Positions 41,838 to 59,373 of a stretch of DNA of 64,000 nucleotides are shown piece after piece; within the stretch, counting starts at the first letter, position 1, and each line of letters begins with the position of its first letter. Location of the stretch: the NCBI GenBank assembly GCA_964016885.1, contig OZ024756.1, positions 6,386,001 to 6,450,000 on the forward strand, in the 5' to 3' direction. Below the pieces are notes generated by a model that had not been told where the DNA came from, made no database searches, and saw only the letters and a program-made list of their open reading frames with translations. The stretch is from Eledone cirrhosa (Eukaryota). Made by a program: the position numbers and the translations under genes.

Positions 41838-42022
41838 AAGAAAAAAGAAAAAGAAGAAAAAGAAGGCGAAAAATAAGAAAAAGAAGAAAAAGAAGAAAAA
41901 GAAGGCGAAGAAGAAGGCGAAGAAGAAGAAGAAGGCGAAGAAGAAGAAGATGAAGAAGAAGAAGGCGAAGAAGGCGAAGAAAAAGAAGAAGAAGAAGAAG
42001 AAGAAGAAGAAGAAGAAGAAGA
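41838..42022. repeat. (GAA)n-rich tract
   Basis: Directly follows an RTE-like 3' end. Confidence 0.9.
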
Positions 42023-42119
42023 ATCGACTGAAGAACCTGTTAAGTATATTTCATCTGAAGAAGAAAGAAGATAACGACTACAACAAGGACAAGAAGAAAT
42101 GACAAATCACCCTGTTGTG

Positions 42120-45133
<3,014 letters not shown>

Positions 45134-45676
45134 ACACGGTTGGTCTCATTCTGAGATCAGTCCGGACACTTTCTATATAGTTCCTTATGATAGGATCATC
45201 TGGAAGGCGTGTCTGAGGACCCCTCTTCCACGACCCCCACGGGAATTAGTGGAGGAAGAATATAAAACAACACAGAAATACTTTAAACGGATGGGAACGA
45301 TTAAAGGTGGAAATAAGAAGCTGGTTGACAGATGACAGAAACTAGAGTGACAGACTTTGTGGAAGATATAAAGTTAAATATGGGGCATTTGATGCAGCAG
45401 AGATGAAGGCAGAGGATGTATTAGGTACAGTTGTGTGTATGTGTAGGTGTGTGTGTAGGTGTGTGTGTGTGTGTTTGTGTGTATACTTGTTTGCATGCGT
45501 GTGTGTATGGTGTATGCGTGTGTGCATCCGTTGGCGTATGCGTGTGTGTATGTGTGTGCGTATATGTGTGCGTATATGTGTGTGTGTATATGTCTGTAGG
45601 GGGGTGAATAAGTACATGTGTGTGTTTGTGTATGTGTGAAAAGGAAAGAGTTGAGAAAGTAAGGGAGGGGGGAGAA

Positions 45677-45716
<40 letters not shown>

Positions 45717-46479
45717 TGTGTGTGAAAAGGAAATAGTTGAGAAAGTAAGGGAGGGGGAGAATACATGTGTGTGTATGTGTGTGTGTATTTGTGTGTGTGT
45801 ATATGTGTGTGTGTGTATGTGTATGTACGTGTGTATATGTGTATGTTTGTGGCCGTATGTATGTATGTGTGTGTGTGTGTGTGTGTATGTGTGTGTGTTT
45901 TATGTGTGAGTGTAAATGGGAAAGAGCTGAGAACGAAACGAAGGGAAGAATACATGTGTGTGTGTGTATCTGTTTATATATATATATATATATATGCGTG
46001 TATGTGAGTGAGTGTAGGCGTGAGTGTGTGTGTATGTATAATACGTCTTATGTCTAAACACAATTATTTGGGGTCTCCATGGACTGTGGGGCAAGGAAGA
46101 ACATACCAGAGACTCTAATGGACGCCATTAGCAGGTAAGCCATTAAATGAAAGTAATAGTGTAGAAGCCATCTTAATGAAGGCTGGGGTTTGATGTTTGA
46201 GCCATTCTTAATGAAGCTGCTGACAGTCAGCTGCCAAGCTGGAGTCACTAACTCCTAAAACAATATCACCATTATCTCCCTCGTGCACATCGTCAGCGTT
46301 AATATCAACACCACCAACGTCAACGTTACTATCACCAGTAGTTCTTACTACTAACCCCAGCGTCACTACCTCCACCACACTACACAACCACCACAAGTAC
46401 CACTACCAACACCGTTACTAACAACATAACCATCACCAATAATATCAACGTCAACAAAGCCTACAACAAAAAATGAACA

Positions 46480-47007
46480 GCAACACCACCAACAGCATCA
46501 CTAACGACACCACTACCTCCACCAACACTACCCAATACAACCACCACCAACACTAACACCACCACCACTACCTCCACCAACACTACCCAATACAACCACC
46601 ACCAACACTAACACCACCACCACTACCAACACTACCTAATACAACCACCGCCATCAACAACACTAATACCACCACCACTACCTCCACCAACACTACCCAA
46701 TACAACCACCGCCATCAACACCACCACCATCATCACTACCTCCACCAACACTACCATCATCATCACTAACACCACCACCACTACCTCCACCAACACTACC
46801 CAATACAACCACCGCCATCAACACCACCACCATCATCACTACCTCCACCAACACTACCATCATCATCACTAACACCACCACCACTACCTCCACCAACACT
46901 ACCCAATACAACCACCGCCATCAACACCACCACCATCATCACTACCTCCACCAACACCACCACCATCATCACTACCTCCACCAACACCACCATCATCATC
47001 ACTACCA
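46480..47007. repeat. ACC/ATC-rich compound minisatellite
   Basis: Recurring CACTACCTCCACCAACACTACCCAATACAACCACC blocks. Confidence 0.85.
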
Positions 47008-47167
47008 TTCAGTATCGTGTCACAATTTCTGTACAACTGAAGGTGACAGACGCTCACGGAAAAACTGAACAGAGGTAAACGGCGCGAAGGAAACTATTTT
47101 TCTCTTCACCCTCTCTCTAGAGATATAGCATTGTAAGTTAGCTTGGTATTGCATTATTACATCTATG

Positions 47168-47660
47168 GTCTGAGTTCAAATCCCGCCGAGGTTAACTTTG
47201 CCTTTCATCCTTACGGGGTCGATAAAATAAAGTACCAGTAATGCACTAGTGACTTGCTGGCCTTGTGCCAAAAGTAGAAACAATTATTACATCTATGTAA
47301 GGGTGGTGGATCGGTAGAGCGTCGGACACCATGTTTCGGAGCTCAGAGATTCGTCCCTTTACGTGCTGAGTTCAAAACCCGCCGAGGTTAGCTTCACCTT
47401 ACATCCTTACGGGGTTGATAAAATAAAGTACCAGTAATGTACTGCGTCTATTTTATCGACCTTCCCCTTCCACCAAAATTGTTGGGCGTGTGCCTCAAAA
47501 TTGGACGCCATACTTTGCAGCATAAAGTTACGTCCCTTTGCAGTCTGAGTTCAAATCCCGCCGAGGTTAACTTTGCCTTTCATCCTTACGGGGTCGATAA
47601 AATAAAGTACCAGTAATACACTGTTATAATTGCTGGCCTTGTGCCAAAAATAGAAACAAC
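47168..47660 (+). mobile_element. Cluster of three SINE copies (47168-47282 with TSD ATTATTACATCTATG; ~47301-47500; ~47501-47660)
   Basis: Three B-box/core matches in tandem. Confidence 0.85.
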
Positions 47661-48770
47661 ATTACAACTCTGTTATACAACGCCTTAATTGTATCAAGGC
47701 CCGTGACTCTATGCTGCGAAGCTTAGTGTCCGAGTCTCTACCGATTCTGCCAATGAGTGAGACAATATAACAACACGGATGCAAACAAACGGAAAATATA
47801 CAGTAGAAAATAGATACAAACGTGTTTTTTTTTATCTACTTTAACAACAATGAAATGAGTAATGGCGCTGAATCTACAGTATCGCCATTGCATATTTCTG
47901 GCTATTTATATTCTGAGTTCAAATCCTGTCAAAGACAAGTTTATCTGTTTCATCTTTCACAGGTCGATAAAATATAGTACCAATCAATGTTACTGGGTTC
48001 TATTTGATCAACTTTCCCCTCCTCTTAACTTGCTGGTCTGACTCATACATTATAAAAGGTTGGACAACAGCTTAGCATCAAAGGTAATTTCGCCATCAAA
48101 AATCATGGAAAGATACAGAGAGCGATATTTATCAACAAACAACTTGATCTTGTTTCTGTTGTTGCTGGGGCTATGGTTCTCAACAATCGCATTGTCATCG
48201 TTTGATTATCCTCCTGTCGTCGACACCATCGTCTTGTCATCGTCGTCATCGTCGTCTTGTCATCGTCGCCATCGCCATCGTCGCCATCGTCGTCGTTATC
48301 GTCATCATCGTCATCGTCATGTTGTCATCACTATCGTCTTGTCATCGGCGTCGGCTTGTCATCGGCGTCTTCTCATCTTATTGTTGTCGTCGTCTTGTCA
48401 TAGTCGTCATATTGTCATCATTTTCGTCGTCTTGTCGCCGTCAACGTCTTATCGTCATGTCGACTTCGCCATCGACTCGTCATAGTTTGGTTATAGTCGT
48501 TATGTGGTCGTCACCAGTCTTGTCATAGTCTGGTTATGGTCACTATGTGGTCGTCACCAGTCTTGTCATATTGTGGTTATGGTCGTTATGACGTCGTCAC
48601 CAGTCTTGTCATAGTCTGGTTATGGTCAATATGTGGTCGTCGTCACCAGTCTTGTCACAGTCTGGTTATATACGTCGTTGTTGTTGTGTTTGTTGATGTT
48701 GTTTATTATGCAGGAATTGCAAGTGGAGAAGAAAAACAAAACCAAGTTGGACCAACAAGAGACACTCTCA

Positions 48771-49710
48771 TTTAACAATCAACCACAACACAACACATAC
48801 ATACCCACATGGCTGTCTGTAGTGGGTGATAACATAAACCGAAGTTAGACTAATAACATACACTTTCGTTTAACAAACAACCACAACACATTCACACATG
48901 GCTGTCTGTGGTAGCTGATGCCATTAACCGAAGTTTAACTAGTAAGGAACACTCAGCTTTAACAAACAGCCACAACACAACACCTACATTCGCACATGGC
49001 TGTGTGTGGTGGTTGATGTCATTAACCGAAGTTTAACTAGTAAGGAACACTCAGCTTTAACAAACAACCACAACACAACACCTACATTCTCACATGGCTG
49101 TGTGTGGTAGCTGATGCCATTAACCGAAGTTTAACTAGTAAGAAACTCTCAGCTTTAACAAACAACCACAACACAACACTTTCATTCCCACATGGCTGTC
49201 TGTCGTAGCTGATGCCATTAACCGAAGTTTAACTAGTAAGAAAACTCAGATTTAACAAACAACCACAACACAACACCTACATTCCCACATGGCTGTGTGT
49301 GGTGGTTGATGTCATTAACCGAAGTTTGACTAGTAAGAAACACTCAGCTTTAACAAACAACCACAACACAACACCTACATTCCCACACGGCTGTCTGTGG
49401 TAGCTGATGCCATTAACCGAAGTTTGACTAGAAAGAAACCCCCAGCTTTAACAAACAACCACAACAACACCTACATTCCCACATGACTGTCTGTGGTAGC
49501 TGATGCCATTAACCGAAGTTTAACTAGTAAGAAACACTCAGCTTTAACAAACAACCACAACACAACACAACACCTACATTCCCACATGGCTGTATGTGGT
49601 AGCTGATGCCATTAACCGAAGTTTAACTAGTACAAAACACTAAGCTTTAACGAACAATTACAACACAACACCTACATTCCCACATGGGTGTCTGTGGTGG
49701 TTGATGTCAT
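48771..49710. repeat. ~98-bp minisatellite, ~10 copies
   Basis: Unit TTTAACAAACAACCACAACACAACACCTACATTCCCACATGGCTGT...ATTAACCGAAGTTTAACTAGTAAGAAACACTCAGC. Confidence 0.92.
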
Positions 49711-49869
49711 AAAATTACCCTTACAAAATATCACTGCAAAGTAATCACTGGTGTTATATAAACAAGCTGACAGCACAGCATACTAATAATGGTGGTTAGG
49801 GCTATTGGTTGCCATAGTAACACGTCAAGGGTAATTTATCCGTTTTCCTTCGATATTTCAGATTACAAG

Positions 49870-50055
49870 GGCGGTGAATTGGCAGTATCGGTAGAGGGTT
49901 GGACGCCATGCTTTGACGCATAGAGTTACGGCCCTTGCCATTCTGAGTTCAAATCCCGCCGAGGTTAACTTTGCCTTTCATCCTTATGGGGTCGATAAAA
50001 TAAAGTACCAGTAATGTACTGGGTAATTGCTGGCCTTGTGCCAAAAGTAGAAACA
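49870..50055 (+). mobile_element. tRNA-derived SINE with 18-bp TSD
   Basis: GATATTTCAGATTACAAG at 49852-49869 and 50056-50073. Confidence 0.92.
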
Positions 50056-50175
50056 GATATTTCAGATTACAAGAATAACAGAATTACTGTATGATAGAAT
50101 CAAATGTCAGCCAGTTAAACTAAGACATTAGTTTCTAGCATGTACAGCATACATTGCATGATGTGCTACTCATTT

Positions 50176-50213
<38 letters not shown>

Positions 50214-51283
50214 GTACATATTATACACATATATATGCATACATATATATACATATTATGGTGGCTGCCAACTCGTTTTTGAGTACGGCCACTACTTTAT
50301 ATCCATGTAGGAGAAGCGCTACCGATGCGCTGAACGAGTGTGACTTTTTAGTCCAGCCAACGACTTGAAAACTCTGGTACAAACACTACACTTGTGACAA
50401 TTATTGATACATAGTGCTGGGCCCATGGTACCATGTGACGACAAGTGCAGAGAGATCTCAAGATATAAAGCAATGCCTGTGCCGTGAAGCTTTTATAGTG
50501 AGCAAAGGTACTGCACAAAGCCAGTCCCACTCCCTTAACCAAGATGATATTTACCAAAAAGAAGAACAAGTCAACATCATTGGATACCATCAGGGTTGCA
50601 GGTGTTATATCAGAGTTTTCCTTCTAGACTTCTGCCTTGACGAAGGCTAAGGGGTCATCTCTCCCGGTGATTTTGGAGAGGCGATTGACACTTAAGAGCT
50701 CCTTTGCCCTTTGACAGGTTTTGTTTTTAGTCCTGCAGGATGTCCAAAGTCACCCTCCTCACCAAGAAACCTTGGCGAGGTTGCCAGTTTAGTCGCCAAC
50801 GACCCGACCATGAGACAGATTGTACTGGGATACATGTTACCATATACATATTATACACATATACATACATACATATATATATATATATACATACTATACA
50901 TACATGCATATTATACATACATATTATACATACATATATGCACATAAATATATATACACACATATATGCACATACATATATATACACACATACTTATATA
51001 TACACACATACTTATACATACACACATACTTATACATACACACACATACATACCCATATATATGCACAGATTTACATACACATATACTTACACACATATA
51101 TACATATACATACACGTACATATATATATACATATAATTACACACGCATACTTATAAATATATATACACATTACATACGCATACATACACACACATACAT
51201 ATGCACATTCATATACTTACATACATACTTATATACATACCTACACACACCCATTCACACCCATATATATACATACATATACA

Positions 51284-51319
<36 letters not shown>

Positions 51320-51570
51320 CACAGACATACATACAAATACATATACACATGGATACACACTATGTGGTGAATGGGAAGACGCGTTAGAAAGGCGGACGAA
51401 ATACCTTGTGGTATTTAATCCCAATATGTAATTTCTCAGTTAAAATCCCTCAAGGTCCTACTTAATCCGACGTCTGAGTTAATACGACAACCTGATCTGT
51501 GGGAGCCCTTAAAAGGGTTTACTCAGCTGAAAACATTCTATGCAGCTCCCTTCATTTAAAAAAACTTTCC

Positions 51571-52195
51571 TCCAATCTTCCCTATAGTTTCCATGGCGCA
51601 TGCGCTGTGCGATTCTCTGTAATATTAGCAATTGTACATTTCCAATCTTCCCTATAATTTCCATGGGCATGCGCTGTGCGATTCTCTGTGATATTAGCAA
51701 TTGTACATTTCCAATCTTTCTTATAGTTTCCATGGGGCATACGCTGTGCGATTCTCTGTAATATTAGCAATTGTACATTTCCAATCTTTCTTATAGTTTC
51801 CATGGCGCATGCGCTGTGCGATTCTCTGTGATATTAGCAATTGTACATTTCCAATCTTCCCTATAGTTTCCATGGGGCTTGCGCTGTGCGATTTTCTGTA
51901 ATATTAGCAATTGTACATTTCCAATCTTTCTTATAGTTTCCATGGCGCATGCGCTGTGCGATTCTCTGTGATATTAGCAATTGTACATTTCCAATCTTCC
52001 CTATAGTTTCCATGGGGCTTGCGCTGTGCGATTTTCTGTAATATTCGCAATTGTACATTTCCAATCTTTCTTATAGTTTCCATGGCGCATGCGCTGTGCG
52101 ATTCTCTGTGATATTAGCAATTGTACATTTCCAATCTTCCCTATAGTTTCCATGGGGCATGCGCTGTGCGATTCTCTGTAACATTCGATAATGTA
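51571..52195. repeat. 70/71-bp minisatellite, ~9 copies, partly alternating variants
   Basis: Unit CCAATCTTYCYTATAGTTTCCATGG(C/GG)GCATGCGCTGTGCGATTCTCTGTRATATTAGCAATTGTACATTT. Confidence 0.92.
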
Positions 52196-52834
52196 TTCTT
52201 ATATAACTGTAGGCGGAAATTGGCAGAGTAGTTAGAACGTCGGATAGAATACTTTCAGTTCCGGGTCTGGGAGTTCAAATCCCGCCGAGGTCAACTTTAC
52301 CCTTCATCTTTTTCCTGTCTCTCACTTTCGATCTTTCTCTGTAAGAAATCTGCTGTACTCAGGCCTGGAGAAGGGTGGGCTCCCCCAGGCTTAAAATGAC
52401 TAAGAATTGCCTTATGTCAATACGGCGCCCCTAAACATCTATGGCGACCTTCCCATCAATTTAGATGGGAAGGTCACGACTGGATTTGATCTAGCAATAC
52501 ATAATATCCTTATATAAGTTAATCACTTTGAGCGGGAATATATAGAGCTCGTGTCTTCCCCTTCGCGCGCACAAATTCACTAACATACACTCTTTCAGAT
52601 AAACTCGCTCACACACCTAAATGTATATATACATACACACACACAAGTATATATGCATACACACACACACATATATATATATATACACACATACATACAC
52701 ACACATATATATAAACACACACACTATATATATATATATACACACATACACTATATATATATACGCACTATATATATATACATACATTATATATATATAT
52801 ATATACACACACTATATATATATATATATACACA

Positions 52835-52880
<46 letters not shown>

Positions 52881-53092
52881 TATATATATATATATACATA
52901 TATATAGACACACTATATATATATACATATATATAGACACACTATATATATATATACACACACTATATATATATATACACACACTATATATATATATACA
53001 CACATACTATATATATATATACACACATACTATATATATATATACACACATACTATATATATATACACACATACTATATATATATATACACA

Positions 53093-53134
<42 letters not shown>

Positions 53135-53824
53135 TATATATATATATATACATATATATAGACACACTATATATATATATATACATATATATAGACACAC
53201 TATATATATATACACACACACTATATATATATATACACACACACTATATATATATATATACACACACTATATATATATACACACATACTATATATATATA
53301 TACACACATACTATATATATATATACACACACTATATATATATATATATATACACACACTATATATATATATACACACAAACTATATATATATATATACA
53401 CACAAACATACACACACATTTATTATATATATTTATTATATGTGTGTATGTATATGAATGTATAATACACACACACCCACAGACATACATGTTTTTTCTT
53501 CTTCCTCTCTGTTTATATATCTAAATGGAGAAGAGTTCCTTGTTTGTGTGTTCGCAGCATCCTCTTCCACAGTGAAGACACCACAGATGTTCTTACTGTG
53601 TTCACTTGTCTAAGAATATATATATATATATATACACGTTTGTGTACGTGCCTGTGTATGTATGTCTGTATGCGTCTATCTGTATGCATGTATCTGTTTA
53701 TGTGTGTATGTATATCTATATATCTATATATATATATATATACACATGTGTGTACGTGCCTGTGTATGTATGTCTGTATGCGTCTATCTGTTTGCATGTA
53801 TTTGTTTATGTGTGTATGTATATC

Positions 53825-53875
<51 letters not shown>

Positions 53876-54722
53876 CTATGTATGTATATATGTATATATA
53901 TAGATATATGTATGTATGGTAAGTGCATGTCTGTCGTGGCTCTGTTTATTGAGACCTCCCTCGCATTCACTCGGAATTACCAATCTCTACGGAACATTGA
54001 TGTGACATTTTAAGGCACATTTCCGTCCCTATATTATATTCACGGTGTTATATTTCAGGGGCCCAGCTATTTTCATATTGATAAGCAGCTAACCCATACA
54101 ACCCCATCTGTGTTTACATCTATATTCAGTCCAAAACTGAAGTACAGTTGACGTCAGTTAAACCGTAGGATTTTTGGGGGGCTATTTAGACAATCATGCT
54201 GAGACAGTGGTCAGGTTTCATCTAGTAGAGGCATCACACTGTTCAGCCAGATGTGGTGATGGCCCTCCTTGGTGATATGTCAAAGTGGGTGGTCACAACC
54301 TTTAATGGCTGCTATTTACTTGTGAAGGGTCGATTCTAGATTGAGACATTGACAGTATCAAACATTATTTTACACAGTAACATACTTATCTCTGTTTGGC
54401 TGTTTCTCCTTATATATGTATGTGTGGAGAGAGGGGGGGGGACAGAGAGAGGGGCACAGAGAGAGAGGGAGACAGAGAGAGAGGGAGACATAGAGAGACA
54501 GAGATACAGAGAGAGAGACAAAGAGAGAAAGATAGAGATAGAGAGATAGAGAGATAGAGAGAGAGACAGAGAGAGAGAGGGGGGGCAGAGGGAGAGGGAG
54601 AGGGAGAGAGAGAGAGGGAGAGGGAGAGAAAGAGACAGGGAATGAGAGAGAGATACAGCGAGAGAGAGAGAGATACAGCGAGAGAGAGAGAGAGATACAG
54701 CGAGAGATAGAGAGAGAGAGAT

Positions 54723-54753
<31 letters not shown>

Positions 54754-55086
54754 TACAGCGGGAGAGAGAGATAGAGAGAGAGATAAAGAGAGCGAGGGAG
54801 AGATGGAGGCAAGAACATACATAAAAATAAGAAGTAAAGTAAGAAGTAGTTCCTCCGTCGGTTTCGACGAATACACCTGCTGTTCGATCCACGGGACAGC
54901 ATACTCGAGAAAGAAATTCACCTATAAACAACTGAGCAATACACAAACACGTGTACCCTTTACATAGTTCTCGCGGAGATTGGCATTTCTTTTGAATTAG
55001 ACACAGTCTAACCTATGGGAGAGTAGAAGAACGGGCGTAAAGATGAGATCTCCATGCTCCTCCCTGTCTCTCAGCCTCGAGTATTT

Positions 55087-55243
55087 CGTTCTATTCAAGT
55101 CCATCATCAAGTCCGTTCTATTGAAGTCCATCATCAAGTCCGTTCTATTCAAGTCCATCATCAAGGCCGTTCTATTCAAGTCCATCATCAAGTCCATTCT
55201 ATTCAAGTCCATCATCAAGTCCGTTCTATTCAAGTCCATCATC
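55087..55243. repeat. 27-bp minisatellite, ~6 copies
   Basis: Unit CGTTCTATTCAAGTCCATCATCAAGTC. Confidence 0.9.
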
Positions 55244-56403
55244 ATGACTGAAGCAGCCAGCAATATACTTCACAAAGCTTGTTTTCAGTCTGCTTCTTAG
55301 CTCATGCTGTAGAGCATACAGGCAGTATTGCTGAATTAAATCTCCTTTGCTTCTACTTATTAAATGTCCAATGAAATATAACTGCAGATAAACTATTGTG
55401 TTAAGTAAAGGGCAGATCACATATTGATTGGTAACGTGATCTTTTCTGCTGATGTTCAATGTGTTTGTCAGGGATTACTTTTTCTTCTTCGACCACTTAC
55501 TCCTGAGAGGGTCGTGGGAGCGGAGACCTCAAACACTCCTTCCAGCAGTTCATGTGAGAGGCAACCGCCCCCAATTGGTCTGGCTAGATCCCAAAGCGTA
55601 ACCATCCGAGCTCATGGATGTTATCCAACTATACTGCTCACTGTCTAGCCCTGGGCCTCCTGCCTGCTGGTTTTGTCCGTAAAACCTGTCCAGTGATTCT
55701 TTCTCGAGAATATCTAACCACAGGGACTCAGTTTGAAATTTAAATTTGCTTCTCTAGCCTTTTTTTATAAATGCGTACGGCTCAGATGCACAGAAGAGAA
55801 CAGACAGGACTGGTACTTCAAAACATTTGATTTACAACTAAAGATATGAGTGTATGGGTGAGGGGTTTCTTCTTAATATATTCAGCAGGGCTGCTCTGCA
55901 AGAGAATGGGTCGTATTGAGGATGGGTAGTGATACGGCCACCAGATATAATGGTTGGTTTTGATATATAAGAGCACCTGCCGGATGAACAAGCAATCGCG
56001 GACCAACAGTCTTCGTGCGTCTGAGAAAAGTACATATGCTTCTTATATAAAATTATGTTGGAAGATCTTCGGCCGGGTTGCTATCAAAATTGTAAACCAA
56101 GTCCGTGGTAAAATTTCGATTTACTGGGTAAATATAAATTACGTTTTCTCACAGATATCTAATTAAGAAAGAATTTCAAAACGGCGCTCAAGAAATTATG
56201 ATGTGCTGCTTCCATCAATAATGGTAATAGATCTTATTTTTATACCCTCCAGCAAATAAACAAGTTATATTCAAGAATACACACATATATAATCACTAAC
56301 ACATACATTTCTATGTATATACACAACCTTACATACACACACATATACATATATACGCATTCATAACATATATGTTTATATACATACATAATGGCATACC
56401 TGC

Positions 56404-56434
<31 letters not shown>

Positions 56435-56440
56435 CATACA

Positions 56441-56476
<36 letters not shown>

Positions 56477-56610
56477 CATACATATATCCTTGTATACTCA
56501 CTAACACGTCCACACATTTCTATGAATATACACATGCTTACATACACACATATACATATACACGCATTCATAACATATATGTTTATATACATGCATAATG
56601 ACATACCTGC

Positions 56611-56641
<31 letters not shown>

Positions 56642-58046
56642 CATACATACATACATACATACATACATACACACATATATATAGATACACATATCCTTGT
56701 ATACTCACTAACACGTCCGCACATCTCTATGAATATACACATGCTTAGATACACACATATACATATATACGCATACATACCATATATGCATGTATACACC
56801 CACAAATACCCTCATAAATACATACACATAAATACATGTACATACACTCATAAATACGTAAACATACATACACTCACATGCAGAAATACATACATACATA
56901 CACTCATACATACATAAATAAATACATACATACGCACACGTACATAGATATATACATACATATATACACATATACATACATATATACACACATACATACA
57001 CACATACATATATAAATACATACATATATACGCACACGTACATACATGTATACATACACATACATACACACATACAGACATATATACACATACATATATA
57101 TACATACATGCATATATACACACATTCGTTCATAAATATTCATTGGTGTTTTATATATTCATGATGTCTAATAACTATATTAAAACTGCGCGCCGCTGTG
57201 TGATATTGTGATGATTTGAGTGGGAGGTGAGAGGCGCTGGTATGAACATGTCTTTACAATTCACGAATTGCATTGTTGTTGTTCTTACTTTTATTTATAT
57301 TTAACTCATCTAAGTTTAGTTCTGAATTTCGACAGAAATGGAATGGACCCCAGTCAGTCTACGACGAGTGTTTCAGGTCTTCGGTAAGTAACACAAGCCT
57401 GCTCAAGACATTAACGTCTGAATGACTGATCCCGACACAGACACGTGTACAGCTAATGTAAGTCAATGGGAGATTCACTGTGACACAGTATATGATACAG
57501 CTGGTCCTTTGAATTACAGGTGCAGTCAGGTCAACGGATTTCCAAACAGTTTCCGCCTACCAGGGAATGGATTTAGACCTTGGGATGCCCGGGTCATTTC
57601 AGCTTTGGGGACACCTCATACACCAACAATTAGAACACACAGCAAACCCGGCAATTTTACATGTCAAAGTGAACTTGGCACCAGTAATTGGAAAGTTTAT
57701 ATATATATATGTATATAGTTTTGCGAGGTTTTTGATATGATAAACAGACTAAATAAAGATGGCGTAGAAAATACAATGTAACGGGAGGAAACAATAGCAC
57801 CACTGACGATGTTGCAGATGTGCAACGAAAGATTTAGGATAAACTATATATATGTGTTTGTGTCTATATTGTATCTGTATTATTTTTGACCGTTGGTCAG
57901 TCAATGGCAACATTGAGGACCGAATAAATTAGATTACCGATATAAAAGACACAGAAGCGAAGAGCGAAAACCAACCAAACAGTGAGTGTGTTCTGTTATT
58001 AATTCTGGCAATATTACACAAATATGACCCTCCCCAAGTATAACAA

Positions 58047-58116
<70 letters not shown>

Positions 58117-58119
<3 letters not shown>

Positions 58120-58591
58120 ATGAAATGACAGGAGGCTGGATTTGTGTAAATCCTTGAAAGGTTTATTATACTATGATCATTTCAATGACCGGGTTCCGTA
58201 TGAATCCGGTGATATCATCAGGTATTCGAAATATAATACGCGACCGGCTGAGGTTGAAGGAACAGAATAGCGGTCGCCCTCGGGTCTCGATTTTCAGCCC
58301 CATGGATTTTACCTATTACATTCACGTATTATATTTCGAATACCTGATGATATCACCGGATTCATACGGAACCCGGTCATTGAAATGATCATAGTATAAT
58401 AAACCTTTCAAGGATTTACACAAATCCAGCCTCCTGTCATTTCATTATAATATTTAACTCCGTAATAGCACCACCAACTACAAAAACAAAGACGGTTGAA
58501 CTGTTTTACGTTGAGTACTCCCTATATTATTGCATTACGATTGACCATACGGAATAGACCAGCTCTATACAGTGGTGAACCTCAAACCTGA

Positions 58592-58596
<5 letters not shown>
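58117..58596 (+). mobile_element. PLE-like fold-back element, family C (124-bp inverted arms, 84-bp spacer, ~150-bp tail)
   Basis: 58117-58240 is the reverse complement of 58325-58448; (TA)n on both sides. Confidence 0.8.
58340..58397 (+). ncRNA. Minimal hammerhead ribozyme (mirror copy on - strand at 58168-58225)
   Basis: ATAC-CTGATGA-[ACCGG..CCGGT]-GAAA-T-GATC-A-TA-GTAT. Confidence 0.75.
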
Positions 58597-58637
<41 letters not shown>

Positions 58638-58780
58638 GGTGTCGGATGCTTAAAGCGTCCGTATGCGGCAGGCCGTATACGGGCGCCTTTGAAAAGCACA
58701 AGAGCTGCGAAAACCAGGCGACCCCTACATAGAAATCCGATGTCGTTATATCTCTCTCTCTATATATATATGTATATATA

Positions 58781-58975
58781 TAACAAAGGAATTGTGGTAA
58801 TGAACCAGATGGACCATAACGCACCAGAGTACTCAATACTTAGGGTAGTAGAGTGGGAAATAGAAAAAATTAAGACGCCGACGGCAGAGCTCAAGCCGTT
58901 TCGACGGCTATTTCTGGACTCCAGAAAAGGCCGCCGAAACGGCTTGAGCTCTGCCGTCAGGGGCCTTACTTTTTC

Positions 58976-58978
<3 letters not shown>
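58781..58978 (-). mobile_element. PLE-like fold-back terminus, family A copy 4
   Basis: Tail 58781-58860, hairpin 58861-58978, TA flanks. Confidence 0.7.
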
Positions 58979-59014
<36 letters not shown>

Positions 59015-59165
59015 TATTTATATATATATATATATATACACACACACAAGCATGCGTATATATACACACATAAATATACATACGTATAGATACACATATA
59101 CATACATATACATGTATATATAAATATCTATATACTAATTGAGGTTCATATTCATGGAGCAGCAT

Positions 59166-59333
59166 GTAGTAGTAGTAGTAGTATTAGTAGTAGTAGTAGT
59201 GGTAGTAGTGGTAATAGTGGTAGTAGTGGTAGTCGTGGTAGTAGTAGTAGTAGTAGTAGTAGTAGTGTTGGTGGTGGTGGTGGTGGTGGTGGTGGTGGTG
59301 GTGGTGGTGGTGGTGGTGGTGGTAGTGGTAGTG

Positions 59334-59373
<40 letters not shown>

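Noticed and set aside
46060-46140. + strand exon ending CAG|GTAAGC
   Set aside because: No acceptor and no recognisable peptide.
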